A stretch of 64,000 bases of DNA from Squalus acanthias (GCA_030390025.1 JASTWF010000036.1:1736001-1800000), one strand, 5' to 3'. Shown: positions 48,490 to 61,727, counted from the first letter of the stretch. Program-made: numbers and translations. The notes: generated by a model from the sequence alone, not told the origin.

Positions 48490-50836
48490 GTGCGGCTCTG
48501 AAGCATTAGAACTGAAATAACTATTGGCAGTTGTGATCTCGTTACTAGTGTACCTAAGGCCAGAGCCTCATACTGTCCCAGATTTGTACTATAACTGCCA
48601 TTAATTCAGCTATCCCATTTTGAAAGCAAGAAATATGTTGTATTTATGTCGTGCTTTTCACATCCTCAGGACGTTCCAAAGTCAATCACAATCAGCAGAT
48701 CAGTTTTGAAGCGTAGTCACTGTTATGTCAGCAAACACAGCAGCTAGTTTGTGCAGAGCAAGATCCCTCAAAAAGCAAGTGAATGAATAACCAAAACTGT
48801 GTTTGGTAGTGGCGGTCGAGAGAGAAATGTTGGAGAATTCCTTGCTCGAATGGCCTCAGTTTAACACTTCATCCGAAAGACAGCACCTCTGGCAGTGCAG
48901 GACCCCCTCGGTACTGTGCCAAAGTGTCTGCCTGAATTATGTTCTCCAGTCCTCGAATCCACAGCCTGACCCAGAGGTCAGAGTGTTAGCACTGAGGCAA
49001 GCCGGCTACTGAAAGGGCACAAAAAGAGTGCCGTGCTAAGAATGGGGTTGGAGGTACATATCAGAGATTTATAAGGAAGCCCTCATTCCCTGTGTCATAT
49101 TTGACAGCGAGCACTGGCTGTAAATGAGGATTGGTGTCCTTTGTCTGAACGTGTAAACTTACAGTTTATAAAAATTGCCCTCAGTGTCAAGTCACACACA
49201 TGAACAATTGCCAGATGTGCATGGCTCCAGAGAGCAACTGGCTACCCCTCCCCCTGCCCACATCTGTACTCCAGCAAGGAGTCCATACCTTCAGGAGAAG
49301 GTGGAGAAAAGAGATCCCATTGCCTCGAAGCTAATACCTCTGAGAAAAAGCTTTGAAGGAAAAAAAGACCCTTATTCGCAGTCCTAATGTTTACTGTGTA
49401 AAGTACAGTGATAGCAGTCACACTGCTCCACAACTCCCATCAGAGAACTTGCTATTTCAACACCCTTGATTTAGGCCTCAGTCGTTGAAACAGCTTTGGA
49501 TGGTTCCCTAAACACAAAGCCAAGCCTCTTCATAGAGAAGGGCTGTACTCGGTACCTCTCCGAGAGCTTCAACTCAAACGTCAACTTCAGGAGTGGCTTC
49601 AAGAATAGCGTGGAGCTTGTTGTCAAACGAAGGCCATCCCGTAAAGCTGAGCTGCTCAAAGCTTCACGACCGAAGCCTCAAATTTCAACCGAAGGAACCA
49701 AGCTAAACATTGGCCAGCTCTCGGTCTTCGCTGAGTATCGTTGAACATTCGCTCGTTGAGGTGACGGTGAGAGAGTGGGAGTCATGTCTCCAAAGCTATG
49801 TTCAATATACAGGCCCAAGGCTGACTCATAACTGGCAGGATTTTCAGGTTCGAATTCCCACAGAGGAAGTTCCTACGCGTACCACTGGAGCATGATATAG
49901 TGAGGTTCTCTTTCAGAATGATCAGATCAGAGTTTCTTTCTGTGTGTAGCACAGTCGGAAATGGATTGCTAAGGCATGAATCTCAAATAATGAACATAGG
50001 AATATGCCAATTTACCACCTAAGGCACTTCGATTCTGGATTTCTTTATTTGGTTTTATAAAGAAAGAACTTGCAGTGACGCAGCACCTTTCACACCTTCA
50101 GGACGTCCCAAAGCGCTTCACTGCCAAATGAAGGGCTTTTTTTTTCTCCAAGTGCCGCAGCCAATTTGTGCACAGCAAGGTCCCGCAAACAGCAAATGAG
50201 ACGAATGAATCAATGTGGATCCGTGAAGGTTTATTAAACTGAAGAAATCAATGGAATGCTCACGCAAGGTATTGACAGGGACTGCACCCTTGTGTTAAAA
50301 GCGTGTTCCAGATCGTAAGTCGACATTTTAAACAGGACAGGCTCAGCTGTGAGCATTTAATAGTTTATCGCTTGCCATTGTTGGGCTGAATTTATTTCCC
50401 TGAAACGTGATGGGCAATGCATTAAAATTAAATGAGTTCAATCCCCAGAACAGTCTTCACATGCATGGATGGTATTAAGTGATGAGCCCGCGGGGACGTG
50501 GCCACTAAAGGCAGATATCTGAATCAGGATATTTCATTAAGTTTTATGCCGAACAAGAGCTGAGAAAGACAATGGGAGTCTTGGTATGAAAGCCTGTGGG
50601 GAAGGTACACATGCATTTCCCCCCCCCCCCCCTCAAATCCGGAGTTTATATTTAATATTGGCACTGTTGCTGCTAGCCTTATTTAGTGCCCAAGGTGATT
50701 TTTGTGTGGCGTTGCCGACGGTTAGCTCGGGCTTTGGGGCGTGGTTGTGAAGTTGAGCTGCTAAAATCGAGCCACGTTTAACCTGACCTGCCTCTTTTAA
50801 GGCTCCAGCACTCCCCGTGGGAAAGTGGTTTCAATA

Positions 50837-51290
50837 GTGTCAACCACGGCTCAGTGGGCAGCACTCTCGCCTGGGTCAGAAGGTCGTGGGTTCAAGTCCC
50901 ACTCCAGGGACTTGAGTGCAAAAATCTAGGCTGACACTCCAGTGCAGTGCTGAGGGAGCGCTGCACTGTCGGAGGTGCCGTCTTTCGGATGAGATGTTAA
51001 ACCGAGTCCCCGTCTGCCCTCTCAGGTGGATACTAAATATCCCGTGGCACTATTTCGAAAAAGAGCTGGCGAGTTATCCTGGGCCAGTATTTATCCCTCA
51101 ACTAACATCACTAAAGTAGATAGTCGGTATCGCATTGCTGTTTGTGGGAGCTTGCTGTGCGCAAATTGGCTGCCGCGTTTCCTACATTACAACAGTGACT
51201 ACACTTCAAAAAAAGTACTTCATTATCTGTAAAGCGCTTTGGGACGTCCTGAGGTGGTGAAAGGCGCTACAGAAATGCAAGTCTTTCTTT
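50837..51290 (+). mobile_element. SacSINE1-like DeuSINE, full length
   Basis: Head, core and tail all present. Confidence 0.87.
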
Positions 51291-51473
51291 AAATAGACAA
51301 CTCTGGGTAATTGTAGCTGCTTGTAAACTCCAGAGGTTAATTGGACCTGGCCATAAGTGTCTGGTTTCTTTTTGTTTTGCATCTGTAATAAAGTGTGATA
51401 TCTACAGTGACGCGCACCAGATCCAAGACTAGCAAATCTCAGTCAGGGGATGTGCTGCTTTGTGAGGTATAAT

Positions 51474-52049
51474 GGGTGAAAAATTGGGCCGCGCCCCCTT
51501 TGGGGCACTAACTTCGCCAGGGCACTACTTTTAAAGTTAGCGCTCCCACGCCCAAAATTCAATGGTAGCGCCCCAAGCAGGAGGCAGGGGCGCTACTGGA
51601 AGCGCTCCCCCTCCCTCTTGGGGCGCTCCCATTGAATATCGCGGCGCTACGTGCAGCAGCGCCAAGCGCGTCGGCACGTTGTGCTGCGGTACTACAGACC
51701 TCCCTCCCCTGATTAAAGGGGAGGGGCCCTGCTGGACCACCGGGGAGCGGGGTGCTGGCAAAAGAGCCCGGCACTCAGGAGGAGTGCCAGGCTGACTAAT
51801 CGCGGCCGGCACCCCGCAGGGGGAGGTGAGAGAGGGCAGGTGCTGGCAGGCGGCCCAAAAAAAGTGGCCGTCCTTTGATTTGCGCCGCCCCGGCCGCAAA
51901 AACGCCACCCTGACCCTGTCGGACATAGTGTCCGGCGGTAGGTCAGGGGGCGCGAGCCAAGTTTGTGGCTGTATGCTACCACCGCCGCTAACCTCCCGCT
52001 GAATTCCGGGGCACTAACTGGAGGCGCAAAGCAACCAAATTTTTCCCCC
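51474..52049. mobile_element. Harbinger MITE with termini related to the 1520-5661 element
   Basis: Ends GGGTGAAAAATTGGGCCGCGCCCCCTTTGGGGC and reverse-complemented GGGGGAAAAATTTGGTTGCTTTGCGCCTCC resemble the right and left ends of the long element; flanks AAT/ATG are not a clean TSD. Confidence 0.75.
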
Positions 52050-52365
52050 ATGGTTTATAAGGCTCCAAATGTTTTAAGTAAACCATAGATTCATACAGAA
52101 GATCAATTAAGAGACTGCTGCTGTTAAGTAAACACTGGATGAATTTGTACAGGTGTCAATCAAGAGACTGTAGATATCCTGGCTCCAGTATTTTGTGTTC
52201 TTGAATAACTCCTCTGTTTCCTTATATTTTTCGTTGTGACTCAAGATTGAGTGTAACAATTAAAGTGTGATAGACAGGAAGTGCACATTAGATGTGTCAG
52301 TTTTTATAACATTGCTAGTCTAACTCCTGTGATGTTGCACGCAGTTAGTCAGAGAATATGTGCAA

Positions 52366-52495
52366 ATGCAAAATACTGTGGAGGCTGGAAATCTGAAATA
52401 AGAACAGAAAATGCTGGAAATGCTCAGCAGGTCAGGCAACATCTGTGGAGAGAGAAACAGAGTTCACGTTTCAGATCGATGACCCTTCGTCAGAA
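52366..52495 (-). mobile_element. Penelope-like pseudo-LTR fragment with hammerhead-like motif
   Basis: Minus strand reads CTGACGAAGGGTCATCGATCTGAAACGTG. Same family at 59704-59950; degenerate plus-strand copy at ~54450-54570. Confidence 0.7.
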
Positions 52496-52921
52496 TATGT
52501 GCTCTCTCTTAACCAGTCTCTGCTGTCTTTGTGTTACTGTTTCTTTGTCTGTCTCTCCTCCTCTGGCTCTGTCTCTTTTCTCTTCTGTTTCTCTCTCCTT
52601 ATCCTTTCTCCCTCAGGGAAGTGGTGGGGGAAGGACGCACCAATGGCTGCAGGCTGCCTTTGGGGTGCGGTCTATGGTGAAAATGTACCCCTCAGCAGCT
52701 CCTTTCCTATCCCCTCCCCAATCATGTGTGCCTCCCTCCCCCCCCCCCCCACTCCCTCGCTCCCATCATGTTCCCTATCCTTTCCCCTTCCCACGACGCA
52801 CTCCACCTTTCGACCGCATGATCACCCTCTTCTCCACGCACCCCCTTTATCCTCCCCTCCCCCTTGTCTCACTGCCCCTCACCTCACCCTCAACCTTCCA
52901 TAAAACTAATCCCGAAATAAT

Positions 52922-53500
52922 ACAACAACAACAACTTGTATTTATATAGCACCTTTAACGTAGTAAAACGTCCCAAGGCACTGCACAGGTGTATTATAAG
53001 ACAAAAAATTTGACTCCGATCCACATAAGGATAAATTAGGGCAGGTGACCAAAAGCTTGGTCAAAGAGGGAGGTTTTAAGGAGCGTCTTAAAGGAGGAAA
53101 GCGAGGGAGCGAGGCGGAGAGGTTTAGGGAGGGAATTCCAGAGCTTAGGGCCCAGGCAACAGAAGGCACGGCCACCAACGGTTGAGCGATTATAATCAGG
53201 GATGCTCAAGAGGGCAGAATTAGAGGAGCGCAGATATCTCGGGGGGATTGTGGGGCTGAAGGAGATTACAGAGATAGGGAGGGGCGAGGCCATGGAGGGA
53301 TTTGAAAACAAGGATGAGAATTTTGAAATCAAGGCGTTGCTTAACCGGGAGCCAATGTAGGTCAGCGAGCACAGGAGTGATGGGTGAACGGGACTTGGTG
53401 CGTGTTAGGACACGGGCAGCCGAGTTTTAGATGACCTCAAGTTTACGTAGGGTGGAATGTGGGAGACCAGCCAGGAGTGCGTTGGAATAGTCAAGTCTTG
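52922..53500 (-). mobile_element. L2 LINE 3' fragment
   Basis: (CAA)n tail; encodes PPRYLRSSNSALLSIP...KLWNSLPKPLR...FKTLLKTSLF. Confidence 0.87.
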
Positions 53501-55234
53501 GAATACCGCTGAAACAGTTCACAATATCCAACACAATGGGCATCTGGGTAACCATGGATCTCTCATTTAGTAGAAGTTTTTAATAGGCCGGGCTGCTGTA
53601 CTCGTTTAAGAAATTGTTCGATGCTGTAATGGGAAGACAGCAGGGCTGGTATTCTGCAAGGATAAGATCACTAGGGCCACCTTCATGCAAACATCCGCCA
53701 GTTAAACCCCTCTTGCGAATTGTTTGCGTCAATGCTTTTCTTCAATGAGCATGTTTACGACTGAAAGGCGTTTGGCAGGCCGTTATTTATTAGGTGCAAA
53801 TAAGATGTTACAGTTTTTAATACGTTGAATTATAAAACCACTGCTCGCTGTCTTTTTTTTCTCTCTATCAAGGGCAAGCGTTTCTGCAGCTGGAGAGGCT
53901 TATTACAAAGTATGGTTCTAAATGGATTTCATTATCGCTGGTGATTACCACAGATCAGCGAAGAGATCATGAATAAATCAATGTGAAAAGGAAGGTGGGG
54001 TTTCATTCTCCACAGGTAGCATTTGGAGGGATTATATTCAGAGAGCAGACAGATGGGAAAACTCGCTGCCCATTGTTCAGCTGCTTTAACTCAGTCTCCA
54101 CATATGGCCTTCATTTGAAGCAAGCGGCCTTTTATAATAGGACATTCACTCACATTTTTCCTCTCTCCTCCGTATGGGGGGGAAAAAAACCCAACCATTT
54201 AAATTTGCTCCAAGCGAATGGCCTCCGCCTCCACTCGCAGAAAGGTTTCAGTTCCAATTGTGTGTCCATGCCGAGTTATTTTTCACACCGAGAAATCGAA
54301 AGAATTGATTTGATTCAGCTTGTGAGGCTTTTTCTGGGCTTCCTTCTCTGATTTGGGTCACTTTAAAGACCAGGTTTACCTGGTAAACATTTTTTAGAGG
54401 GGCTTCTGTAACATTTTATAATAGTATCAGAAAATAACTAGTCGTTCCATTGTTCTGATGGAGTCCCACCCAGAGCATTCGCCTGCCCTGTATCAGACGT
54501 TGACGGACCTGCTGTGTATTTCCAGCATTTTCTGTTTTGATTCCAGATCTCCAACATTTGCAGTTTTTTTTTACCTTTCCTTGTTTAGAAAAAAAATGAA
54601 ATTTGCTGTCCATGTATGGTCTTCCTTCTCCATATCTATCCTATGCTGCCATGTCACTGTTGCCATTGGCTTAACATAGTCCTCTTCATAGTGCTTCATT
54701 GGCTGTAAAGCGCTTTGAGACGTCCGGTGGTCGTGAAAGGCGCTAGAGAAATGCAAGTCTTTCTTTCTTTTTCTTAAGATTGTGAGGCTTTTTCTGGGCT
54801 TCCTTCTCTGATTGGAGTAATCAGATCAGCCATGATCTTATTGAATGGCGGAGCAGGCTCGAGGGGCCGAGTGGCCTACTCCTGCTCCTAATTCGTACGT
54901 TCGTATTTGGGTCACTTTAAAGACCAGGTTTACCCGGTAAACATCTGTCCACACACTTTTGATGGACCACAGGAGTTGTTACCCCGGAGATCCAGAAAGA
55001 TCCTACCTTCTATCCATTATAGGACCAGTCAGCATTTCCATGGCCTTGTCAGTGAACCAGGATTTGTGAATATGCTACTGTTTTGTGCATTTCATGACTG
55101 GATTAATGGTCTTTGCTGTTACTTGCACCAGTTAAGTGCTTGCTATCCCACTTGAGGTGAGAAATGTGCATTATTACAAGTGAGTCATGATTGACTGGGT
55201 TTCTGGCACTTTGCCTACATAACAACAGTGGTTC

Positions 55235-56048
55235 GAAAGAAAGAAAGAACTTGCATTTATATAGCGCCTTTCACGACCTCAGGACATCCCAAAGCGCTTT
55301 ACAGCCATGTTTTTGAAGTGTAGTCACTGTTGTAATGTAGGAAACGCAGCAGCCAATTTGTGCACAGCAAGCTCCCACAAACAGCAATGTGATAATGACC
55401 AGAACATCTATTTTTAGTGGTATTGATTGAGGGATAAATATTGGCCGGGACTACTACTTCTTAGGCAGTCCCTCGGAACCGAGGATGACTTGCTTCCACA
55501 TTAAAAATGAGTTCTCAGGTGACTGATGAGTCCAATGCGGGACCTCCAGTCTCTGTCACAGGTGGGGCAGACAGTGGTTGAAGGGGCGGGTGGGTGGGGT
55601 GCTTGGGTTGACGTGCGCTCCTTCCGCTGTTTGCGCTTGGTTTCCGCTTGCTCCTGGCGAAGAGACTCGAGGTGTTCGGCGCCTTCCCGGATGCTTCTCC
55701 TCCACTTTGTGCGGTCTTGGGCCAGGGATTCCCAGGTGTCGGTGGGGATGTTGCACTTTTTCAAGGAGGCTTTGAGGGTGTCCTTGAAGCGTTTCCTCTG
55801 CCCACCTGGGGCTCTCTTGCCGTGTCGGGGTGAACTCCCTTGCTCTTCTTCATCATGGTGCCGTTGGATCTTTTACATCCACCTGAGAGGGCAGACGGGA
55901 CCTCGGTTTAACGTCTCATCCAAACGATGGCACCTCTAACAGTGCAGCATTCCCTGATTTTGTGTTTAAGTCTCTGGAGGGAGGCTTGAACCCACAACCT
56001 TCTGATTCAAGAGACAAGAGTGCTACCACTGAGCCACGGCAGACACCT
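55235..56048 (-). mobile_element. DeuSINE split by an RTE insertion
   Basis: SINE runs ~55235-55450 and resumes at ~55827. Confidence 0.82.
55451..55826 (-). mobile_element. RTE-clade LINE 3' fragment
   Basis: Encodes KKCNIPTDTWESLAQDRTKWR...CPTCDRDWRSRIGLISHLRTH*, then a short 3' UTR and AAG/TAG repeat tail. Confidence 0.85.
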
Positions 56049-56519
56049 CAACAATGAACCATTGGTTGTAAAGTGATTCGGGATGTCTTGAGAACATGAT
56101 AAGGTGCTTTTAAAATGTAAGTTATTTCTTCTCTTCTTGAACCTTAAAGGAAACCTGTTTCAGAAAACGAGTTGGTGTCAAATTATGGTTTAATTCTGCA
56201 AAAAAATGGGGCGTTTATCAAGCCCATTTTTAAAAGAGAAAATATACCAAAGTCCAGAACCAAAGTGGAGGGCAAAGGCCCGTAATACATCAACAAGGTA
56301 GAAAAGATCAAAAGAAAAGATGGTATCGATCAGGAAATCTTGGTTAGAATATAGGAGGAGGGAAAGAACGACGGAGGTAAGAGGCTTTACAGTTTAGAGG
56401 TTCTGGAAAAGAGAGAGTTGGATGAGCCAAAAAGAGAGGTCAAGTTCAAGAGAATTATTATAAGAATAAGACAACGAGGGAGAGATGATTTTTTTGGAAG
56501 GGTCTGGCAACCACTCCAA

Positions 56520-57072
56520 GACATTGGAAGATGCAGTTCTGGTCACCACATTACAGGAAGGATGTGATTGCACGAGAGGGGGTGTAGAGGAGATTTACCA
56601 GGATGTTGCCAGGACTGGAGAATTTTAGCTATGAGGAAAGATTGGATAGGCTGGGGTTGTTTTCTTTGGAACAGAGGAGGCTGAGGAGAGACTTAATTGA
56701 GGTGTATAAAATTATGAGGGGCTGAGAGAGTGGATAGGAAGGACCTATTTCCCTTAGCAGAGAGGTCAACAACCAGGGGGCATAGATTTAAAGTAATCGG
56801 TAGAAGGATTAGAGGGGAGTTAAGGAGAACTTTTTTCACCCAGAGGGTGGTGGGGGTCTGGAACTCACTGCCTGAAAGGGTGGTAGAGGCAGAGACCCTC
56901 ATCACATTTAAAAAGAACTTGGATATGCGCTTGAAGTGCCGTAACCTACAGGGCCATGGACCAAGAGCTGGAAAGTGGGATTAGGCTGGATAGCTCTTTG
57001 TCGACCGGCGCGGACACGATGGGCCGAATGGCCTCCTTCTGTGCTGTAAATTTCTATGATTCTGTAAGATTC
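56520..57072 (+). mobile_element. CR1 LINE 3' fragment
   Basis: Encodes DRKDLFPLAERSTTRGHRFKVIG...FFTQRVVGVWNSLPE and has a TTCTATGA tail. Confidence 0.87.
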
Positions 57073-57320
57073 TTCTGGACACTTGCAACCTCTGAGAGGT
57101 GGTGAGACTACCTCAGACCATCCAGGGAGAATCTGACACCTATATGTGTGCAACAGTAATTCAAATGGCTCATGTAGAATAAAATAATAGATCTCGGGTA
57201 TATTTTCATCAGTAAAGTTAAGAAAATGTGTTCAAATAATTGTCATTGGTTTATAATCACAGTTTCGTAGACTAATTCTTCTTTAATTTTACAAATTCAC
57301 ACACAAATAGGCATCCCAAT

Positions 57321-57777
57321 AGAAAGAAAGACTTGCATTTATATAGTGCCTTTCACGACCACCGGACGTCCCAAAGCGCTTTACAGCCAATGAAGTGGAG
57401 TCACTGTTGTAATGTGGGAAACACGGCAGGCAATTTGCGCACAGCAAGCTCCCACTAACAGCAATGTGATAATGACCAGATAATCTGTTTTTGTGGTGTT
57501 GGTTGAGGGATAAATATTGGCTAGGACACCGGGGAGAACTCCCCTGCTCTTCTTTGAAATAGTGCCATGGGATCTTTTACGTCCACCTGAGAGAGCAGAC
57601 GGGGCCTCGGTTTAACGTCTCCTCCGAAAGATGGCACCTCCGACAGTGCAGCGCTCCCTCAGCACTGCACTGAAGTGTCAGCATAGCTTTATGTGCTCAA
57701 GTCCCTGGAGTGGGACTTGAACCCACAACCTTCTGACTCAGAGGCGAGTGTGCTACCCACTGAGCCACGGCTGACAA
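57321..57777 (-). mobile_element. SacSINE1-like DeuSINE, full length
   Basis: Head, core and tail all present. Confidence 0.88.
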
Positions 57778-59703
57778 TAGAGGAGGGTATAATACATATA
57801 GGGTTGGGGTATGTCACAAGGCAGTAATACTGAGATGTATTACTACCTAGAAACTCACTCCTTTCTGTTTTTTAACTATTTACAGAAAAATATTTTTTTA
57901 CATAATGGGAGCAAGTCAGGTGACAGTTGTCCTTTTTCAGACGGATGGCAGGCTCCTGTGATTTACATATGCTGTAACTCAGACTGAAGTGATCTTGTAC
58001 TGTATGCGTTGGACTGCACTGATACCGAATGTTACTGTTTGCCCTGCCTCCAACTCATTGGCTGCCACAGTGATGTCAATGCCTACTCCATTAACAAAAT
58101 CTCACCCCTACAAGTGGGGTTCAAACCCACGGGACCGTATCCCCTCAGCCTTCTTGGTAGGAGCACTCTACGCACAAGTGGCAGGGGTGAAAAGTGCTGT
58201 GCACAATACAAAGGTTATCTCTGGGGCTGGATGGGCCGACATTTCCAAGACAAAGGCATTGGAAAGCCTGAGACAGACATGGTTCCAAAATGGAGAGAGT
58301 TACTCGAGGTTTTCAGACAGTAGTTGGAATAGAAAGCTTTTTTATGACCGTCCTGCTCACAAAAGCTTTGCAAAAGTGTTTCCATCAAGCACCTTGTGAA
58401 CTGAGCCAGCAGTGTTAAAACATAATTACCACACAGAGAAAATGTGATGGCTAGGGTCAATCGCTGAGCGCTCTTTTAGACTTGCACAGAATTGTTGGGA
58501 CAGGGGATGCAAACTAGCAAATGCCATTTTGGCAGCACCACATCAATGATTGTCTCACCCAATTGACATTACCCCAGCTCCTTTTTTCTGTCTACTTTTC
58601 CTGAACGCAGTCATCACATCTGATTTGATCTATTTTTCAAGGTTGCTCTGCAAATAATTCGGTATCCGTGCAGTCCGACTCCTGCAGCACTATGTTTGTG
58701 CCCTCTCATTATCTCTGTGAGAGTGCACAATAGGTCAGACCCATTTGCACCAACTCTCCCACAGACTTTAATGGTGCATTTAATGTGCCCACTCTGGTTG
58801 GACATATTCCTGGAGGTTTCATCACATGACCTCCCACCTCCAACCGCCCCGCCCAATCAAACAGCCTTTCTCCGCATCTCCACTATTTTGATGACTAATA
58901 AACGAAAATGTTCACAGAAAATGGGGGGAAAAAAACACAATTCTTTTAGTGCCTCTAGGATCTTTCTGCCAGGTGTTGCTCGCAACAGCGTCCAAGAGAT
59001 TAATGTTTAATTCCTGGACAATCCTGGAGGGCTGGCAAACCCTACTTGCCGCACCACAGGCCAACAGCAGATCCGACCTTGGCAGAAGTCTTGTACGGGG
59101 AATGAGGCAATGCTGCTGCATTGGAGAGTTTCCAAGAGGCGGTTTTCACTGGTGCCTCTTGGGGCGGGGGGGGGCACCCCCACCCCCACCCCCACCCCAC
59201 CCCACCCCCACCCCACCCCCACCCCAACCGCCCGAGCAACAATATAAACATTGCCAAGAAGGACAGGCGGCCATCTTCTCTGCCCACAAGCAGGCTCAAC
59301 CCACCCACCCAAGACAACAGTGTGAATTTGCGCTCACTGGCCTGTGGGAAAGGCCTAGAAAAAAATGTCACGCACTTGTGTCTTGAAAACTGTTTTGCCT
59401 ACATTACAACAGTGACTCCACTTCAAAAGTACTTCATTGGGCTGGAAAGCACTTTGGGACGTCCTGAGGTCATGAAAGGCGCTATAGAAATGCAAATTCT
59501 TTCTTTCAAGTTTTTCTTTTAACTGAGAGTGCATTGTTGTTCTTTCTGTTGTTCTGGCAGCAGTCGGAGCTGCCCAACAATATAAGCAGGGAGATGTGCA
59601 CAGCACTCGGACTCACAGGTAGTTTTTCAGATCCACTTCTTGAGAGGCATTTCTGCAAGATGAGCACACCCTAAGGAGAACTAAAGCTGAGATTATTACG
59701 ATA

Positions 59704-59950
59704 GCAAAATACTGCGGATGCTGGAAATCCGAAATAACAACAGAAAACGCTGGAAAAACTCAGCAGGCCAGGCAACATCCGTGGAGAGAGAAACAGAGTT
59801 AACGTTTCAGGTCGAAGACCCTTCGTCAGAACTGGAAAAAAGCAGGAAATGAAATAGATTTTAAAGCAAGTTTAGGGCTGGGAAAAGGGGGAGGGGATGA
59901 AAGAACAAAAGGGAAGGTCAGTGATAGGATAGAAAGCAGGAGAGATTAAG
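59704..59950 (-). mobile_element. Penelope-like pseudo-LTR fragment with a well-formed minimal hammerhead (59797-59833)
   Basis: Minus strand reads AGTT-CTGACGA-AG-GGTC(ttc)GACC-T-GAAA-CGTT-AACT. Confidence 0.75.
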
Positions 59951-59982
59951 AGACATTGAGAGATATTCAAGGCAAGAGGAAA

Positions 59983-60352
59983 TGAAAGAACTTGCATTTC
60001 TATAGCGCCTTTCACCACCTCAGGATGTCCCAAAGTGCTTTACAGCCAATGAAGTACTTTTTGAAGTGTAGTCACTGTTGTAATGTGGAAAACGCAGCAG
60101 CCAATTTGCGCACAGCAAGCTCCCACAAACAGCGTTGAGATAATGACCAGATAATCTGGTTTTGGTTTTGTTGGTTGAGGGATGATTATTGGCCAGAAAA
60201 CCGGGGCGATTTCCCCTGCTCCTCTTCAAAATAGTGCGATGGGATCTTTTCTGGGACAGAAAGGGGCTCAGTTTAGCATCTCATCCACAAGAAGTGTCAG
60301 CCTAGATTCATGTGCTCAAGTCCTGAAATGGGGCCTTGAACCCACAACCATC
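59983..60352 (-). mobile_element. DeuSINE, diverged
   Basis: Match to the family with internal deletions. Confidence 0.75.
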
Positions 60353-61281
60353 TGACATCCGAAGCAAGAGTGAGCTTTTTCGAGTAGGAGAGGCACAGGA
60401 GCAAGTCACCCCACTCTCTCTGCATTGGAAAATTGTGCGCGGAGGGTCAGGACTTAATGAGGCAGAGGAATATACAAAATGGAAAGAGGGGGGAAAAAAC
60501 ATTTTTTTAATAAACCTGATACAGCGTCATTATCGTAAAATGCGTGGTAGGTGCACAAGTGAGGACGTTTGGATTACAGAGGAGCGATTTACAGCAATAT
60601 TTTATTGTAGAAAGTTGACCAATTGTATTGAAATAATGTCCCTGGTAATGGTTTACACCCTCATATTCCCAGCGACTTTTCCTTGCTGGGCGAAGTATGC
60701 ATTTTAAAATGTGACCCCTATTGTTGCTACTGATGGTCTAATATAAGGCTTAAGCACTTGGGGGTAAAATATTGTGTAAACACAGCACACGGAGGAAAAT
60801 CAGTTGCCCATGTGCACTCCTCCTTGCCCATATTTCCCCTGTGCGCTGTGCCCAGGTGCTATGAGGAAAATTTGCCCTTGGGATGATCTCCTTTCAACCA
60901 GCAGCTATATATGTTTGGAAAAGCCAGACCGAAGGCCACAGAACTGTTCAAATCTGTGGAACTCAGCAACTTGGTTGGCCTTCTCTTCGGCCAACAATCT
61001 CTGCAGGCTTCAAAATCCAAGCTTGGGGGGGATTTTTTCAGGGGGTCAGCGGGGGGCGTTTGGAGGCAGCTCGGCTGGGAAAATGTTTTTTTTTTTGACA
61101 GCGGGTAGGGAATAAGCCCAACCAGTGTAAAATTCTTTCCACAGAGCGGGATGGAGCCAGCAGCGGGGTTGCACCCCGCCACCAACCCCAGCCACCCTGG
61201 ACCCGCCTCAGAAGGCAAAATCGCGATCTTATTTGATATTTGATTTACCTCATCTTCTGTACTGCTCTTTTCAACCTTCAT

Positions 61282-61629
61282 GGGCTTACAAATTCAGGCG
61301 CGCCCATTTTAGAAGCGCCTGTTAGGCCGCACGTGGGCCTGGTTTTCCTAAGTGCGCTGGTGCTGGCGGCCTCGGGGCAAACCAGTCTTGCAGTGGGTGC
61401 CTTGAACAGGCGTTAGGCCTCTTATATGCATATGCAAATAAGAGGCCTAACGGCTGTTTCAGGCATGAGCACTGCTCGCCGATTTTTGTTTTGTTTTGGC
61501 CTTTACCAAAATGGCGGGCGGAGCACTCCTAGCTTGTAATGAGCGTGCGCTTCCTGCCTGCCATATTGGAGGCTCAGGAGGTTGTTTAGCGCCTAAAAAA
61601 CGGGCGCAGTGTGGCCGAATTTCTTTATC
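61282..61629. mobile_element. Fold-back MITE-like element with a central 54-bp palindrome
   Basis: Subterminal inverted match CGCCCATTTTAGAAGCGC vs GCGCCTAAAAAACGGGCG; palindrome at 61405-61458. Confidence 0.5.
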
Positions 61630-61727
61630 ATGGTGTCCTGCACTATGGGCCTTGGCCATTCACCTGCATTTTTCTCAATAATAAATGTCTGAAGTACATA
61701 ATTTGTAGTAATTCTATTTCAGGGGTA

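Noticed and set aside
47591..48520. Ser-Leu and Arg-Glu ORFs
   Set aside because: They come from the (CT)n microsatellite.
49471..49895. Possible exon or decayed coding fragment
   Set aside because: No recognisable protein similarity or ASIC motifs; cannot be supported without a search.
57989..58399. 136-aa ORF or old LINE remnant
   Set aside because: No diagnostic motif recognisable by eye.
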